Shown here: positions 43,047-57,769 of the stretch, one piece after another
Numbering within the stretch: the first letter of the stretch is position 1
Layout of the letters: every line of letters starts with the position of its first letter
From: Octopus vulgaris
Lineage: Eukaryota
Direction: 5' to 3'
NCBI GenBank assembly: GCA_951406725.2
Contig: OX597828.1
Location: 55,056,001 to 55,120,000 of the forward strand
Length of the DNA: 64,000 nucleotides
Made by a program: the position numbers and the translations under genes
Notes under the pieces: model-generated
What the model was told of the DNA's origin: nothing
The model's input: the letters and a program-made list of their open reading frames with translations, nothing else
The model's database searches: none

Positions 43047-44361
43047 TATGACTTCATTTACAGAATGGTAAAATGTCAATAACCCAAATATCGATTTTCC
43101 AAAAGTATCTCTTTCTCCGATGAAATGAATTTCATGAAAATCATATTTTTAAATAATGGGTTCAAATTTTGGCACAGGTTCAGGAGTTTTGAGGGTAAAG
43201 TATACCTCGGCAGAATCTGAACTCAGAACGTTATGGGGTACGAAATGCCGCTAACGATTCTGCCGTCTCGCTGCCCTAATCATTTGAACTCAGAACGCAA
43301 AGACGGATGAACTACAGCCAAGTAATTTTGTCCGACGCTAACGATTCTGCCAGCTTGCCGCCTAAATATATATTACATTTTTAGTAGTACAATTACGATT
43401 ATATTCCCTGTCTAAGACTTGAATATTAATTAATAGCATACTAATAACGGGGGTAATGTATGCGTACTCTTCATATCGACTTGATAATTGACAGATTATA
43501 ACGTAACACTCAGCTACCGTGGTCGAATCTTGCTGCTTATCTTTTCAAGGGCGATAAAAATAAAGTAGCAGTCAAATACAAGAATTAATTTCGTTGAATG
43601 TTCTTTCTTTAACTAATTATTGGAATCGGCATCGAGACATCTTCTACTAATTACTAGAAGTCTAACAACCAAAGTTTGGTAGCTATTTCTATCTCTAGTA
43701 AAAAGACAGAAATAACAACCAAACCTCCCTCAATATATCCAAAAACGACCACGTTGAATAACATAGTCCTGGTTCACAGGGAAAAGCAGGATTGTTGTGG
43801 GTGATTCGGCTTTGATTGTACTTTCCTTTTCGACCAGGTTTTCATTACCTTTTTAAGAAAGGTCAGGACAGAAAAGGAGATGCTCACACTCTGTAAATTT
43901 GTTGAAAGTCGAGTAAGAGCAACGAACGTGTATGAGTGAGTGAGCCTTCGATTGACATGAGTATTGAATTTTTGTGGAATTTTCATGAATAGCGCTTAGC
44001 AACCTTCTCAGCCATGGGCGAAATTTTCTTTCTTGAAATCAAATTTTTATTTTTTTATTTTTACTATTATATACACCAGGAGAGGTTAGTTGTGTTCATG
44101 CACATGGTACAATTGAATTAGGAAATCTTACAGGATTCTCTAAGTTTCCAACTCAATCACCCTCTCCGCTTTGTGGTCGCACCGTGTCTTACCTCATTCA
44201 AACCCAATCTTTTCACACAGTTTCCAATACAGAATTTTGCTACTTCACCATATTGCCACAATTTATGCCGATCTTGGATATTCTTTTACAATATGGGCAA
44301 TTACAGTTACTGTTATCATCATCATCATCATCATCATCATCATTATTATTATTATTATTAT

Positions 44362-45094
<733 letters not shown>

Positions 45095-45551
45095 CCTCTT
45101 TTAATTTTCTTTCCGTTTCTTGCCGAGTGCCTTCCCGACACTTCGGCCAAAGAAATCCACCGGATGAGTTTATTGAAAAGTGGGTGAAAGCTTCCTCTCT
45201 AAGTGTAGACCTGCGAGTCGAAGAACAAGGAATTGGAGAGCGTACTAGCTCTTGGTGTTCAGGGAAATCTCGGACAGTTGGATTCCTCGATTATCCCTAG
45301 AGGGCACCCGGTATCAGGAGGGCTACATCTCTTACATCCTCTTCCCCGCCTTTTTTTTTAAACCTTTGTCTATTATGTATACATCCCTTCCTTTCTATTG
45401 TATACCGTGTATACTTACACTTTCTTTTTTTTCTTAATAATCATTTTATCATTTCATTATATGTAAGCCTTCACACGTTATGTCTGTCTTTGTATTGTCC
45501 CCCTCATCCTTCGCTCTGGTGGGAAATAAGTGAAATTATTATTATTATTAC

Positions 45552-45619
<68 letters not shown>

Positions 45620-45624
<5 letters not shown>

Positions 45625-46039
45625 TAGTTTTATTTTTATAGCGTGCTTTCACTTCACTACCGAGCGCAGCTGTGTGCCTTGGGTATGTGCTGTGATTTGT
45701 TGTGATGCTCTGATGGTTATTGTATGGAAAGTGTTCTGCGTAGGATGTGTGCAGTGCCTAGTAGTGCAATTTTCTGTATGTTATATGTGTTTGTAAGTCC
45801 TGGTGTTTTTGTTATGTATTTGTCTGAATATTTTTTTATCATGCCTAATGCACCTACTATGATAGGGATTGTTTCTGTTTTTATATTCCACATTCTAGTT
45901 ACCTCTATTTCCAGGTCTTTGTATTTTGAAAGTTTCTCCATTTCTTTTAGAGACATGTTGTCATCTGCTGGTATTGATACATCAATAGATGACAACGTGT
46001 TTCTAAAAGAAATGGAGAAACTCATTATTATTATTATTA

Positions 46040-46073
<34 letters not shown>

Positions 46074-46098
46074 CATTATTATTATTATTATTATTATA

Positions 46099-46145
<47 letters not shown>

Positions 46146-47440
46146 CAACTTTATTTTTCTGGGTGTGATCATGCTTCAAAAACCTTCTGGAGAACTCTTG
46201 CAGTTCCAATCGATGATGATTTTTGTAGGTGTTCTATCTTTACGTTCGTTCCAACCCATTTTGAGCCACGTTCGGAGTTGGGTACTAATACCTCCAAGCG
46301 CCACAATTACTATCGTTATCACGTCTACTTTCTTCATTGCCCTCAACCTGCGTATTTTCCCCACTTCATTCCATCATAGTTGTTCACCTTTTCTTCTTTC
46401 TCTTCAACCATGTTGTTACCAGGACATGCTCTGTCCAATTATCAGGCACATTTATATCTTTTCCTTTCTTTTCTGTTTACCACAACAATGTCACCAGACA
46501 TTTAATCAGATGGTCACACTGAATAGTTGCATCCCACAGGATTTTGTAATCTTTATTCTCAGTAACTCCTGTGATTTAGTCATACCACGTCTTTGATCTT
46601 TCTAGCCCATAACTTCTACAGAGCTCCTAAAGGGTCACTCTTGTCACATTGACACGTGGTTGCACTAGAAATGTGCCACACTGTCTTACCCTTCTTACCA
46701 CACATTCCGCATTTGTCACTCACAGTTGTATTATCAATTCTGCACTTCACATAAGTTGTCGTCAAAGCTTGTTTTTGTGCCGCGCATATAAGTGCCTCTG
46801 TTTCTATCTTCAAGTCACTCTTCCGCATTCATAACCATCGGCCATTTATTTATATTTGCGCTCTTATCTATGGCAAACTGACCGTATATTTTCTCTACTT
46901 TCAATGACATTTTTTTCTGTGTTCTTTTCCTCATCAAATTTTTCTTTCTTTACACAGTTATCAGTTTTAAGTTACTGGACTTCTTCTCACCAATCAACAA
47001 TGGTTCCGCGGCATTTTTTATATACGACCCTAAACTGCCTTTCTCTGATTAAATAGAATCCTGACTACTGATCAAACCTCTCCCACCCATTCTGGACAAT
47101 CACAACCGATCAGTGTCACTCTTGAGATGGAATGCTCCGTACAATCTTGTATGGGATTTCCAATTGCCTAAAGAAGTCTTGAAGTTTCAATGGGATTGGG
47201 CCCAACGCTCCGATCACCACTGGTATCACTTTTACATTACCCTCTCGCATTCCATACAGTCTTAACATTTCCAATTATTATTATTATGTTTGGCTTTTGC
47301 TTTGTATTTGTACAAATTGACTCCAAGTCTCACCCAGAGACCTCAAGAAATAACAAGTGAGAAGTTCAAGTTATGACTAGAGCGTCATATATTTGGTTTT
47401 GCAAAGTGTTTGTTCTAGCACAAGTAAATTAAAAATTTAT
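45620..47440 (-). mobile_element. Cluster of R4/Dong-like fragments separated by (TTA)n
   Basis: RLE C-terminus at 45717-45986, ETEALICAAQ..CGMCG..TVWHI at 46616-46828, and a 3' UTR copy of the 16262 family at ~47285-47440. Confidence 0.8.
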
Positions 47441-47459
47441 TATTATTATCATAAACACA

Positions 47460-48420
47460 TAGAGATATTTCGGCACTACTCTCAGGGATTACGAGGCGGT
47501 TTCAGGGGCAACCAGGAAAAATCAGTGGGTTTGCGGCTCGGCACCTGAAGAAGCACGCCCATGCCGTCTAACTGCGTCGTTGGGCGCCGAGCGGACCGAC
47601 CGGTTGAATTGCTCGGGATCTGGACAAAAGCTGGGACGAAGTAATGAGCAGGGTAATAACTTTCACCCAGAAACGGGCCGAGAGAAAGTTATCACTGAAA
47701 GGTTGGATAGGGGTGGCTAACGCGTATATCGCGTTGTGTCTAGTCCTAGCCACTGTCTGATTACGCAAGAGCGTATACTCTTCCGCTTCTAGTTGAAGGG
47801 ACTCGCCCCAATGCTCAAGCGGTTTATCTGCTGTCAACACCCTCTGATTGGTGGCCTGGGCATGTCGTGGTTGATGATGCGCCGACATGTGCTGAGGCTA
47901 CGACTTCTCCACCGCTTCCTTGACGGTGAACGGGTGTAGTCTAGAAGACAACACTTCCTTCTCTACCCTTATTTTCGTTTTGAAGTGAAATTTGTAGAAG
48001 TTGATCAGGGATTAGCCAAAGAGAAAAGTGTTTGTCTCCAGCTCCTTCAATCTCGTCCACCATACAACCTCTTTCGCCATGGCCACCGGGCATATAAACG
48101 CACCCTTTCCTTCTCGGTTAAAGGAAGGCGACGGGGCGATCTTCACGATGAGCGTTTACTTTTCGTTTCCTGCGGAAATGGCGCGTTGTATTGGTCAGGC
48201 AGCCCGTTTATTGCCAGCGCTTTCTGGATTCGAGCTTGGCATGTCATAGTTACTAATGCGTAGACACGCGCTGCAGTTACGCCTCTTACAGATTTTCCTA
48301 GACGTTAAGTTGGTGTGGTCTCTGTTCGTAAGACACGCTTTCTTTGCAGCTCATCTCTTTAACGGAGCTGCAATCTTAGACACCCACAGGCTTTCTACAA
48401 GTCGGGCGACACGGACGGTG
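47460..48420 (-). mobile_element. L1/Tx1-like LINE remnants
   Basis: 47955-48150 aligns with 8795-8980; GC-rich decayed coding sequence. Confidence 0.55.
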
Positions 48421-48793
48421 GAAGTTCAACGGTAGTAATATATAGGAATCTAGCGGTAGGTAACAGCGATGACATGCACGGGTAACTCTCGGCTCGATAA
48501 AATGAAGAACCAGTCAAATAGTCGAGTCGATGATATCGAGTAAGCCCTCTCTTCAAAATTGCTGGCCTTATGATTAAACTGGTTTTATTGTTACTATCGC
48601 TTTACTTAGCCTTTTACTCTTTTACTTGTTTCAGTCATTTGACTGTGGCCATGCTGGAGCACCGCCTTTAGTCGAGCAAATCGAACCCAGGAGTTATTCT
48701 TTGTAAGCCTAGTACTTATTCTATTGGACACTTTTTCAGAACCGCTAAGTGACGAGGACGTAAACACACCAGCATCGGTTGTCAAGCCTTGTT

Positions 48794-49023
48794 GGCGGCG
48801 AGCTGGCAGAATCGTTAACACGACAGGCGAAATGCTTAGCGGTATTTCGTCTGCCGTTACGTTCTGAGTTCAATACCGCCGAGGTCGACTTTGCCTGTCA
48901 TCCTTTCGGAGTCGATAAATTGAGTACCAGTTACGCCGTGGGGTCGATGTAATCGACTTAATCCGTTTGTCTGGCCTTGTTTGTCCCCTCTATGTTTAGC
49001 CCCTTGAGGGTAGTAAAGAAATA
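48794..49023 (+). mobile_element. SINE with gtcgactttgcctttcatcctttcggggtcgataa-type core, nested in a 57770-family SINE
   Basis: Family also at 19430-19630, 24145-24305, 25840-26235, 43140-43345 and 55590-55950 (all -). Confidence 0.85.
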
Positions 49024-49071
49024 AGATGTTGGGGGGACAAACACAGACACACAAACATACACACACACACA

Positions 49072-49115
<44 letters not shown>

Positions 49116-49824
49116 TATATACATATATACGACGGGCTTCTTTCAGTTTCCATCTAGCAAATCCACTCGCAAGGCTTCATTCGGCCCGAGGCTTTAGTAG
49201 AAGACACTTGTCCAAGGTTTCGAGATGTTTAGTGAATTGTAATTGGTTTGTAATCTTATGAGCCACGGGGTATCGATCGTAGCCATTCAATCTATATTTC
49301 TTCCAGTTCTCACAACAAATTTTCGCTTCCGAACACATTAAGCTCTTTCTCTTTCTTAAAGATCTAACACCTTCCTCTCTCTCTCTCCACCTCTCTCCCC
49401 CCTCTCTCTCTCTCTCATTCTCATTGTTTACACAAGTGTCTTTGTATGTATATAGGTGTATATAGGTATACGTATATGTATATGTGTATCCGCACGCGCG
49501 CACACACACACACACGTACTCATATTCGTTTACTTGTTTGTCATAAGAATGCGGCCATGTTGGGGCACCATCTTGAAAGGTTTAGACAAAACAACTCGAC
49601 CCTGGTAATGATTTTATAGCCTGGTACTTATTCTATCGGTCTCTTTTAGCCGAATCACTAGGTTGCGGGGGACGTAAACAAAACGACAGGACGACAAATA
49701 CAAACACAAAGACACACAGACAGAGATAACGAGAGGTGGATAACTATACAGAAAGGCAGATAGACAAATGAACAGAGAGATACCAGATGAATGTGTGTGT
49801 GTGTGCGTGCAGACATATATACTT

Positions 49825-50212
49825 TTTTTACTTGTTTCAGACTGCGGCCATGCTGGAGTACAGCCTTTTAGTCGAGCAAATTGACCCCGGGACTTATTAT
49901 TTGTAAGCCCAGTACTTATTCTCTTTTGCCGAACCGCTAAGTTGACGGGGACATAAACACACCAGCATCGATTGTCAAGCAATGCTAGGGGGGGACAAAC
50001 ACAGACACACAAACATACACACACACATACATATATATATACATGTATACGACAGGCTTCTTTGAGTTTCCGTCTACCAAATCCACTCACAAGGCTTTGG
50101 TCGGCCCGAGGCTATAGCAGAAGACACTTGCCCAAGATGCCATGCAGTGGGACTGAACCCGGAACCATGTGGTTGGTAAGCAAGCTACTTACCACACAGC
50201 CACTCCTGCGCC
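49825..50212 (-). mobile_element. Abundant SINE (57770 family)
   Basis: Full-length reverse copy. Confidence 0.88.
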
Positions 50213-50309
50213 TATATATATATCTATGTATGCATGCATGCGTGTATGTTTATATGTATCTATAAATACACACTTGCATACGCTCAGAGAGGGAGAGAGA
50301 GAGAGAGTG

Positions 50310-50354
<45 letters not shown>

Positions 50355-50564
50355 GAGAAAGGGATTGCAGTTGAAAGACTTTTCCTAACAACGTGCACTG
50401 AAAGACGTTGATCGTAGTATCTTGTGGCGATGGATTTTTGCCCTCCAGGAGTTGATGTTTGTCTGCAGCTCGTCTATTTTTGTCTTATTTTAGCTAGATT
50501 TTATATATTTATTTTCTTTTCGGTTGACGAGCTTGGGGTGAGGACGGTGGCCAACCTTTTTCCT

Positions 50565-50615
<51 letters not shown>

Positions 50616-51156
50616 TATGTACACACACACATATACACAGCGGTCTTCTTTCAGTTTCCGTCTAGCAAATTCATTCACAACGTCCCAAGATGCCACCATG
50701 GAACCCGAAACCATATCGTTTTCACCCCTACACTTTTAGTTATTCATGCAATGTGCCATCATGTACCGTGGATTGAGAAAGTGGTTGAAAATTGCTATCA
50801 TAGAATATAGGAAAGAACACAACGTCTCTATTCGCTTTTGTTTTACTGTCAAATAGCATTTTACGTGATATTAATGTCAAAACCCCGTTTTACAACTCAT
50901 GTTTTCCGCTACTGCGTCCTCCTTTCTGCAGCTTTAGTCTCAAGGAATTGATTATAGACAGAAAAAAATATCAACAAACAATACATTGATTGCCGTTGAA
51001 CTAGACTGAAGAATACAATCAAGTTTCGATATCTGGTCGAGACATTTCACTTCACTACCGTCTCCTGATAAACAAGTGCCCTTCATATCTTGTTGAACAT
51101 CGGAGGTTAGTGTCTTTGTAACTGATACGGCTTTCAATGATGGACATAGAGGAGAA

Positions 51157-51230
<74 letters not shown>

Positions 51231-51299
51231 GAGTGAGATTAAAGGGTACTGTGACTCAGTGAGATTAAGGAGTACCGCAACGCTCAAATGCCTTTATGA

Positions 51300-51700
51300 A
51301 TTGCACCCATGTATCAAGACTCCGTTAGAAAAGGAAATTTAGAGTTGATTCCAAGATGGAACATTGTGCAAATCTCAACTGCGCTCATTGATTATATTTA
51401 GGGAACACAGAACAGCTTGGTCCCTTTTTAGTGGGGAGAACCCCAGTTTTTCTATTTTTTCTATGTAGATCCATGTTTGTGTAGCCATGGGCGCCTATGA
51501 TAATGAGTACGAACGGGAAACAGTAATTGGGGCATAAAAGCTGTAAGTTTCCTATCAGTTCTCCATGAATATTCACATTTTTTTTACTGATTTTGATGCA
51601 AAATTCACAAAATTTAAATGCAAGCATCTCCTGTAGAACCTGATTTGCAAATTGTCTTTTCGTACATCAGCTACATCAATCTTAAAACCTTATAGGAACC
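51300..51700 (-). mobile_element. Degraded RLE-type LINE C-terminus
   Basis: GELIGNLQLLCPNYCFPFVLIIIGAHGY resembles the RLE tail P.IIGALG. Confidence 0.5.
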
Positions 51701-51923
51701 GGAAGAGACACTTGGGCACCGTTCTAACTCACCCTTTACCTTTTAAATGATACATAAGAAGCGAAAACACATGTAAAAGAGAACCTACATAGACATGCGC
51801 ACACAAGCCAAAATGAAGTATTCTTCATTGTAACGTGATTGTACAGAAATAACAGTCAAATCTCCCTCAAAGTAAACTGGAAATCTTAATGGTGAGAATT
51901 GGAGAAAGGTAGGGAAAGATAGG

Positions 51924-51969
<46 letters not shown>

Positions 51970-52207
51970 ATCTCTCTTCGCTCCTTTGCATCGTGTGGGC
52001 TCAAATCCCCTCCTCTCTTTATCTGACTCCCCTCGTCTTCTTTCTTCATCTCACACCTATTTCCCCTCTTCACTCCTACCCATTTCTTCTCTCTTGCCAT
52101 GACACTTACTTCCTCACTTCACTCCTACCCACATCCTCCCTTCGTTGTTACCCCCTCTATCCACACCCCACTCTTATATATATATATATGTGTGTGTGTG
52201 TATATAA

Positions 52208-52284
<77 letters not shown>

Positions 52285-52289
52285 GTCTA

Positions 52290-52465
52290 GATTTACAGAA
52301 AAGCAAAAGACCAAGACAGGTGTATGAACAACAAGCAGGTGTATTAGTTTGACTTTCGAGAAAGTGAGAAAGTATTTTATGTTTCGAGCCTACGCTCTTC
52401 TTCAGGAACATATGTCAGAGGAAAGTCTAAGAGTAAAGGAAGATGAAGGGAAAAAAATCGCCAAC

Positions 52466-52470
<5 letters not shown>
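52290..52470 (-). mobile_element. Short repeat with minimal hammerhead (family B)
   Basis: Minus strand CTGAAGA-a-GAGC-gtag-GCTC-GAAAC-ATA-aaa at 52375-52405, with a perfect stem II. Confidence 0.7.
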
Positions 52471-52515
<45 letters not shown>

Positions 52516-52791
52516 GAGAGAGAGAAAGAGAGGGGTAAGGAGAAAGAAACGTATGCATGTATATGCGTATACGTATATGGTGGTGATGAGGTGGGGTGAA
52601 CATGGAGACATTAATGACTCATGAAATGACATTGTAAAAAGCTTTGTGGCTTATTTGAAACTTCATCCTTTGATTAGTTTCCTGTCATAATGAGTCACCA
52701 GTCTGACCAAACTAAAATAAGCAGCTAAGAGTTGGGAATAGGAGACGCGCCTTTCTTATTGTGTAATGCTGAAAATTATATTTATGCTTGC

Positions 52792-52824
<33 letters not shown>

Positions 52825-53226
52825 TGTATGTATGTATGTATGTATGTATGTATGTATGTATGTATGTATGTATGCATGTATGCATGCATGTACGTGTGTA
52901 TGTATATATGTATATATGTGTGTATGTGTGTATGTATATATGTATGTATATATGGATGTATGTATGTATGTATGCATGTATATATGTATGTATGTATGTA
53001 TGTATGCTTGTATGTATGTATGTATGTATGTATGTATGTATGCATGTATGCATGCGTGTACGTGTGTATGTATATATGTATATATGTGTGTATGTGTGTA
53101 TGTATATATGTATGTATATATGGATGTATGTACGTATGTATGTATGCATGCATACATACATACATGCATGCTTGTGTGTATGAACGTATGAATGTATGTA
53201 TGTATCTATTTCTCTTTCTCTCTTTC

Positions 53227-53329
<103 letters not shown>

Positions 53330-53349
53330 GTATGTATATAATTGAAGCG

Positions 53350-53583
53350 GTAAACTCAGAAACAAAGTTTAGGTCAATCTGCAAATTCCTAAACGGAAAA
53401 CACAGATGTAAAGTTTTAAAGATATTTAAAAAAAAGACACATACATTATTACATATTAATACAGATTAATACAAATCTCTCTTTATAAAATACATTCTTT
53501 AAATTTATATTTTTGTTTATATATTTATATGTTATGCTTTGATATATATAAATATCAATATATACATATATATATAAATATCA

Positions 53584-53636
<53 letters not shown>

Positions 53637-53765
53637 AGATATATATATTTGTATTTATCTGTATTAATGTATGTGTCTTTTTTAAAGATATCTTTAAAAC
53701 TTTACATCTCTGTGTTCTCCGTTTGGGAATTTGCAGATTGACCTAAACTTTGTTTCTGAGTTTAC
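53350..53765. repeat. Inverted repeat, ~120-bp arms around an AT-rich spacer
   Basis: 53350-53476 versus 53647-53765. Confidence 0.9.
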
Positions 53766-53863
53766 TTCTTCTTCAATTATCATTCGTCTCGGGCTCATTC
53801 CGAGCACTTCTCAGTAACAGCCCATACATCGCGAAAGAAAGCTCTAATAGTAACATATATATG

Positions 53864-53898
<35 letters not shown>

Positions 53899-53989
53899 AC
53901 ATACATATATATATGTACCTCCGGTACATGTTTTTATAGACACAAAGACATGCACACAGACGTGTGTATATATATATATATATATATAT

Positions 53990-54185
53990 AGTCAATTCAA
54001 ATAAACAAACAATTCAGATAAACGAATAAAAAGGGACAACATGAGGACGTGCACAAGAAATGCATTAGCTTGGTGCGCGGTGAAAGGAGAGAGTTTGACG
54101 TTTCGAGAAGCATAGATCTTCGTCGGAAAGGAGAAAGGGAAAAGTCCAAAGAAGGAAAAGAAAAAAAAGTAATCGCCAACGGTGC
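53990..54185 (-). mobile_element. Short repeat with minimal hammerhead (family B)
   Basis: Minus strand ttt-CCGACGA-a-ga..tc-GAAAC-GTC-aaa at 54094-54129; flanks match the 7340 copy. Confidence 0.65.
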
Positions 54186-54439
54186 GTGTGCAGCTACATT
54201 GCTGAAGTGATTGGAAGTAGGTTTCTTTCAGCTTCCGTCTACCAAATCCACTCACAAGGCTTTGGCCGGCCCGAGGCTATAGCAGAAGACACTTGCCCAA
54301 GATGCCACGCAGTGAGACTGAATCCGGTTGGGAAGCAAGCTACTTACCACATAGGGGTCACGCACTTTGTTATTATGTTTTATTCAAAATGTTTCTCCAA
54401 GACTCTAACTCTTCTCTCCGGTTTGTTTACAGTTGGCTT

Positions 54440-54705
54440 CAGTTACCATATCCGTCCATCCATTCATCTTGTCCACTCACTATTCCTGGGTGGGTCATGG
54501 GAGTGGATTTCTCATCCACTTCTACTGGGTCCTGTCAAAAGCAACCGTCGTTACACTTACCGGCTGAGTTCCCAAGCGTCACCAACTGAGACTATGGATA
54601 TCATCGTCCTTTGTCTGCCCCTACGTCCCTTGCTGATTGGTTCGGCCGGAAGAATCTGTCTTACCACTCTTCCTACGACACTCTAATTATAAGTCCCTGA
54701 TGTCT
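54440..54705 (-). mobile_element. Degraded RTE (Expander/Rex3-like) 3' end
   Basis: Minus strand remnant KGRRGRQRT, ending in a gatgaatggatgg tail. Confidence 0.4.
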
Positions 54706-54803
54706 GAGCTACGAACAGCTAAGTTACGGGGACGTAGACACACCACCATCGGTTGTCAAGCGATGTTGGGGGGACAAACACAGACACACAAACATATACA
54801 CAC

Positions 54804-54836
<33 letters not shown>

Positions 54837-54837
54837 C

Positions 54838-54917
<80 letters not shown>

Positions 54918-55041
54918 GAAATTGGAACAGTAAAAAGGGGAAAATATAGAAATAATTCATAGTCTTTTTAGCATGAAATCTTTTTATTTTAAGGCAGCGA
55001 GTTGGCACGCCGGACAAAATAGCTAGCGGCATTTTATCCGT

Positions 55042-55360
55042 GTTTTTTTTTTGTGTTGTTTTGTTCCTTCTCGAGCCATGCCTGGCTCATAAGGGCCGAT
55101 CTCCCGGTTTCCTTGGCGTATAGGTTCCACACCTGGACGGGACGCCGGTCCGTCGCAGGTGAGCTGCAAGATGCAGGAGGAAAGAGTGAGAGACAGTTGT
55201 GGCGAAAGAGTCAGCAGAAATTCGCCGTCACCTTCTGCCGGAGCCGCGTGTAGCTTAGGTGTTTCGCTCATAAACACACACATCACCCGGTCTGAGATTC
55301 GAACCCGCGGTCCCTCGACCGCGAGTCCGCTGCTCTAACCACTAGGCCATGTGCCTCCAC
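55042..55360 (-). mobile_element. tRNA-derived SINE nested in another SINE (54992-55515)
   Basis: TSD ttatccgt on both sides. Confidence 0.88.
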
Positions 55361-56313
55361 TTATCCGTTTTACGTTCTGAGTTTAAATCACCGCGAGGTC
55401 GACTTTGTTTTTCATACTTTCAGGGTCGATAAAACAAGTACCAGTTGAATATTGGAGTCGCTATAATCGCCTTACCCATCTAAAATTGCTGGTCTTGTGG
55501 CAAAATTTGAAACCAGTAAGAAATCTTATTTCCATTTTGAAATTTGTATGACTATTTCATCATCCAAGTGCGACGAGGTGATGAAATGTTGGTTTCGTAT
55601 TTTGGTACAAGGACAGCAAGTTCAGGAGAAGGGTTGGTTGATTATATCGGCACCCAGGGAAGACAGACGAACGATCGCTAAGCATTTCGCCCGGCGTGCT
55701 AACATTTCTGACAGCTCGTCGCCTTTTTAAAGAATATATATGTATTTATTCCTTTATTGCCCACAGGAGGCTAAACATAGAGGGGACAAACAAGGACAGA
55801 CAAAGGGATTAAGTCGATTACATCGACCCCAGTGCGTAAATGGTACTTATTTAATCGACTCCGAAAGGATGAAAGCAAAGTCGAACTCGGTGGAATTTGA
55901 ACTCACAACGTAAAGACGGCGTGCTAACGATTCTGCTTGTTCGCCGCCTAAGAAGATGAAATATTGGTAATTAGAGTCGTTGAAACGTCGGAAAAGAAAA
56001 TGTCTTGCGATATTTGTTCCTGATCTTTATATTCTGGACTGTAATCCCACCGAAGTCAACTTATTTTGCATTCTTTTGGTGACAGGGTCGATTTTTTGCC
56101 AACTAGTATCTGTGTAATCAACTATCCCCTCTACCAAACTTCCAGGCCTTATGCCTGTAATAGAAAGGAGTGACAAAAAGAAAAAAAGAAAAGAAAAAGG
56201 ATTGTTATTGGTCTGCGTAGATCAGAAACTGAAAATTTGTCTTTCGTTTTTGGATTTGGATTTGGTTTGCAAGATTCTTTATATGAGTTCGTGTGTTGAA
56301 GCATATTCTGTTG

Positions 56314-56549
56314 TGTCTGGAGAGAGTCATTTTCTGTTTGTGCCTTATAATGTAACACACTCACCGGTAAAATTTCCACTTATATCTTATTTTTATTTTC
56401 CTAAAATTTTCGTTGCGTCTTGCAACTATTGAAAAGGTTGCAAGACGTAACGAAAATTTTAGGAAAATAAAAATAAGATATAAGTGGAAATTTTACCGGT
56501 GACTGTGTTACATTATAAGGCACAAACAGAGAATGACTCTCCCCAGACA
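56314..56549. repeat. Fold-back palindrome, 113-bp arms, 10-nt loop
   Basis: About 4 mismatches; a related palindrome lies at 37209-37432. Confidence 0.95.
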
Positions 56550-56709
56550 TAATTGAAAATTTGTCATTTTGGGGCTGATGTAGAAAATAATTTGTGGCAT
56601 TTAGTGACGGCTTTTTATGTTTTGACTTTGAATCTCGTCGAAATCTATTTTGCATTTTACCCTTTCAGGGGATAAAACGCACCTATCTAGTCATGAGGTC
56701 GATTTAAAC

Positions 56710-56987
56710 CAGTGTTTCCCAAACTGGGCGGTATTGCCCACCTGGGGGCAGTGGAAAGTTCCAAGGGGGCGTTGAAGAAAAGTGGGGCGATAATGGGGTA
56801 GTGATTCATGTAAAAACCACAAAATAATGGGTCCATTAGGTAAAGTCTTATTTGTGAAATACCGAAATACGGTTGCTTTGAATTTGCTTCGGAAAGAGGT
56901 CTCTGTTTGTGATGGTTGGGGTGGGCGCACTAGGAATGTGACCCGGATGTCAAGGGTCGGCAGCCCCGAAACGTTTGGGAACCGCTA
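56710..56987. mobile_element. hAT (Charlie-type) MITE
   Basis: TIRs cagtgtttcccaaac / gtttgggaaccgcta; 8-bp TSD atttaaac / gtttaaac. Confidence 0.8.
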
Positions 56988-57447
56988 GTTTAAACGCTTA
57001 TATTGTAACCCTAACATTTGAAGTATTGATTTCTCCTCCCAAATACCAGTTCAATATTTCATCATATAAGGGCGTTGTTAGAATCGGTGGAGTGTCGATT
57101 AAAACATCTGGACTTATCATTTATTCCCCAACCTTTTCAGGAACGATGAATGAGATATCAACGAAATGAATTACATTTAGGGCGATTTTGCAAATATTAA
57201 AGAGCAACATTTCATCATTCATATTGTTGTTGTTGTTGTTCTTCTTCTTGTAGGTAGTTGTGTTGGTGGTGGCGGCGGTAGTGGTTTCATAAAAAATAAA
57301 ATAAAATAAAACCCAAACAAACTAGTATTTCATCATATCTTTCCAGTTTGATGTGAGGGTGAGAAGGAAACAAATGACCAACACCACTACTGTTACCACC
57401 ACCACCACCACCATCCCCACCACCACAACTACCACTACCCCCCCACA

Positions 57448-57506
<59 letters not shown>

Positions 57507-57769
57507 CTTCATGGATGTTTCTTTTCAAAATCCGCCCCACCCGAATCACTAATTCAATACACCGAATTACGTACAGTTTGTCCTTAGACACCTTTGTTGT
57601 TGTTGGTGTTGCTATTGTCATTGCTGCTGCTGCTGCTGCTATTATAGTTATTTCTAGTGTTGCTCTTGTTGTTGCTGTAATAATGCTGCTATTTTTACTG
57701 TTGTTATTGTTATTGGTCATGTTGACGCTTTTGCGCTTCTATTTCTAGATAGACTGGAGCGTTTCTCTT

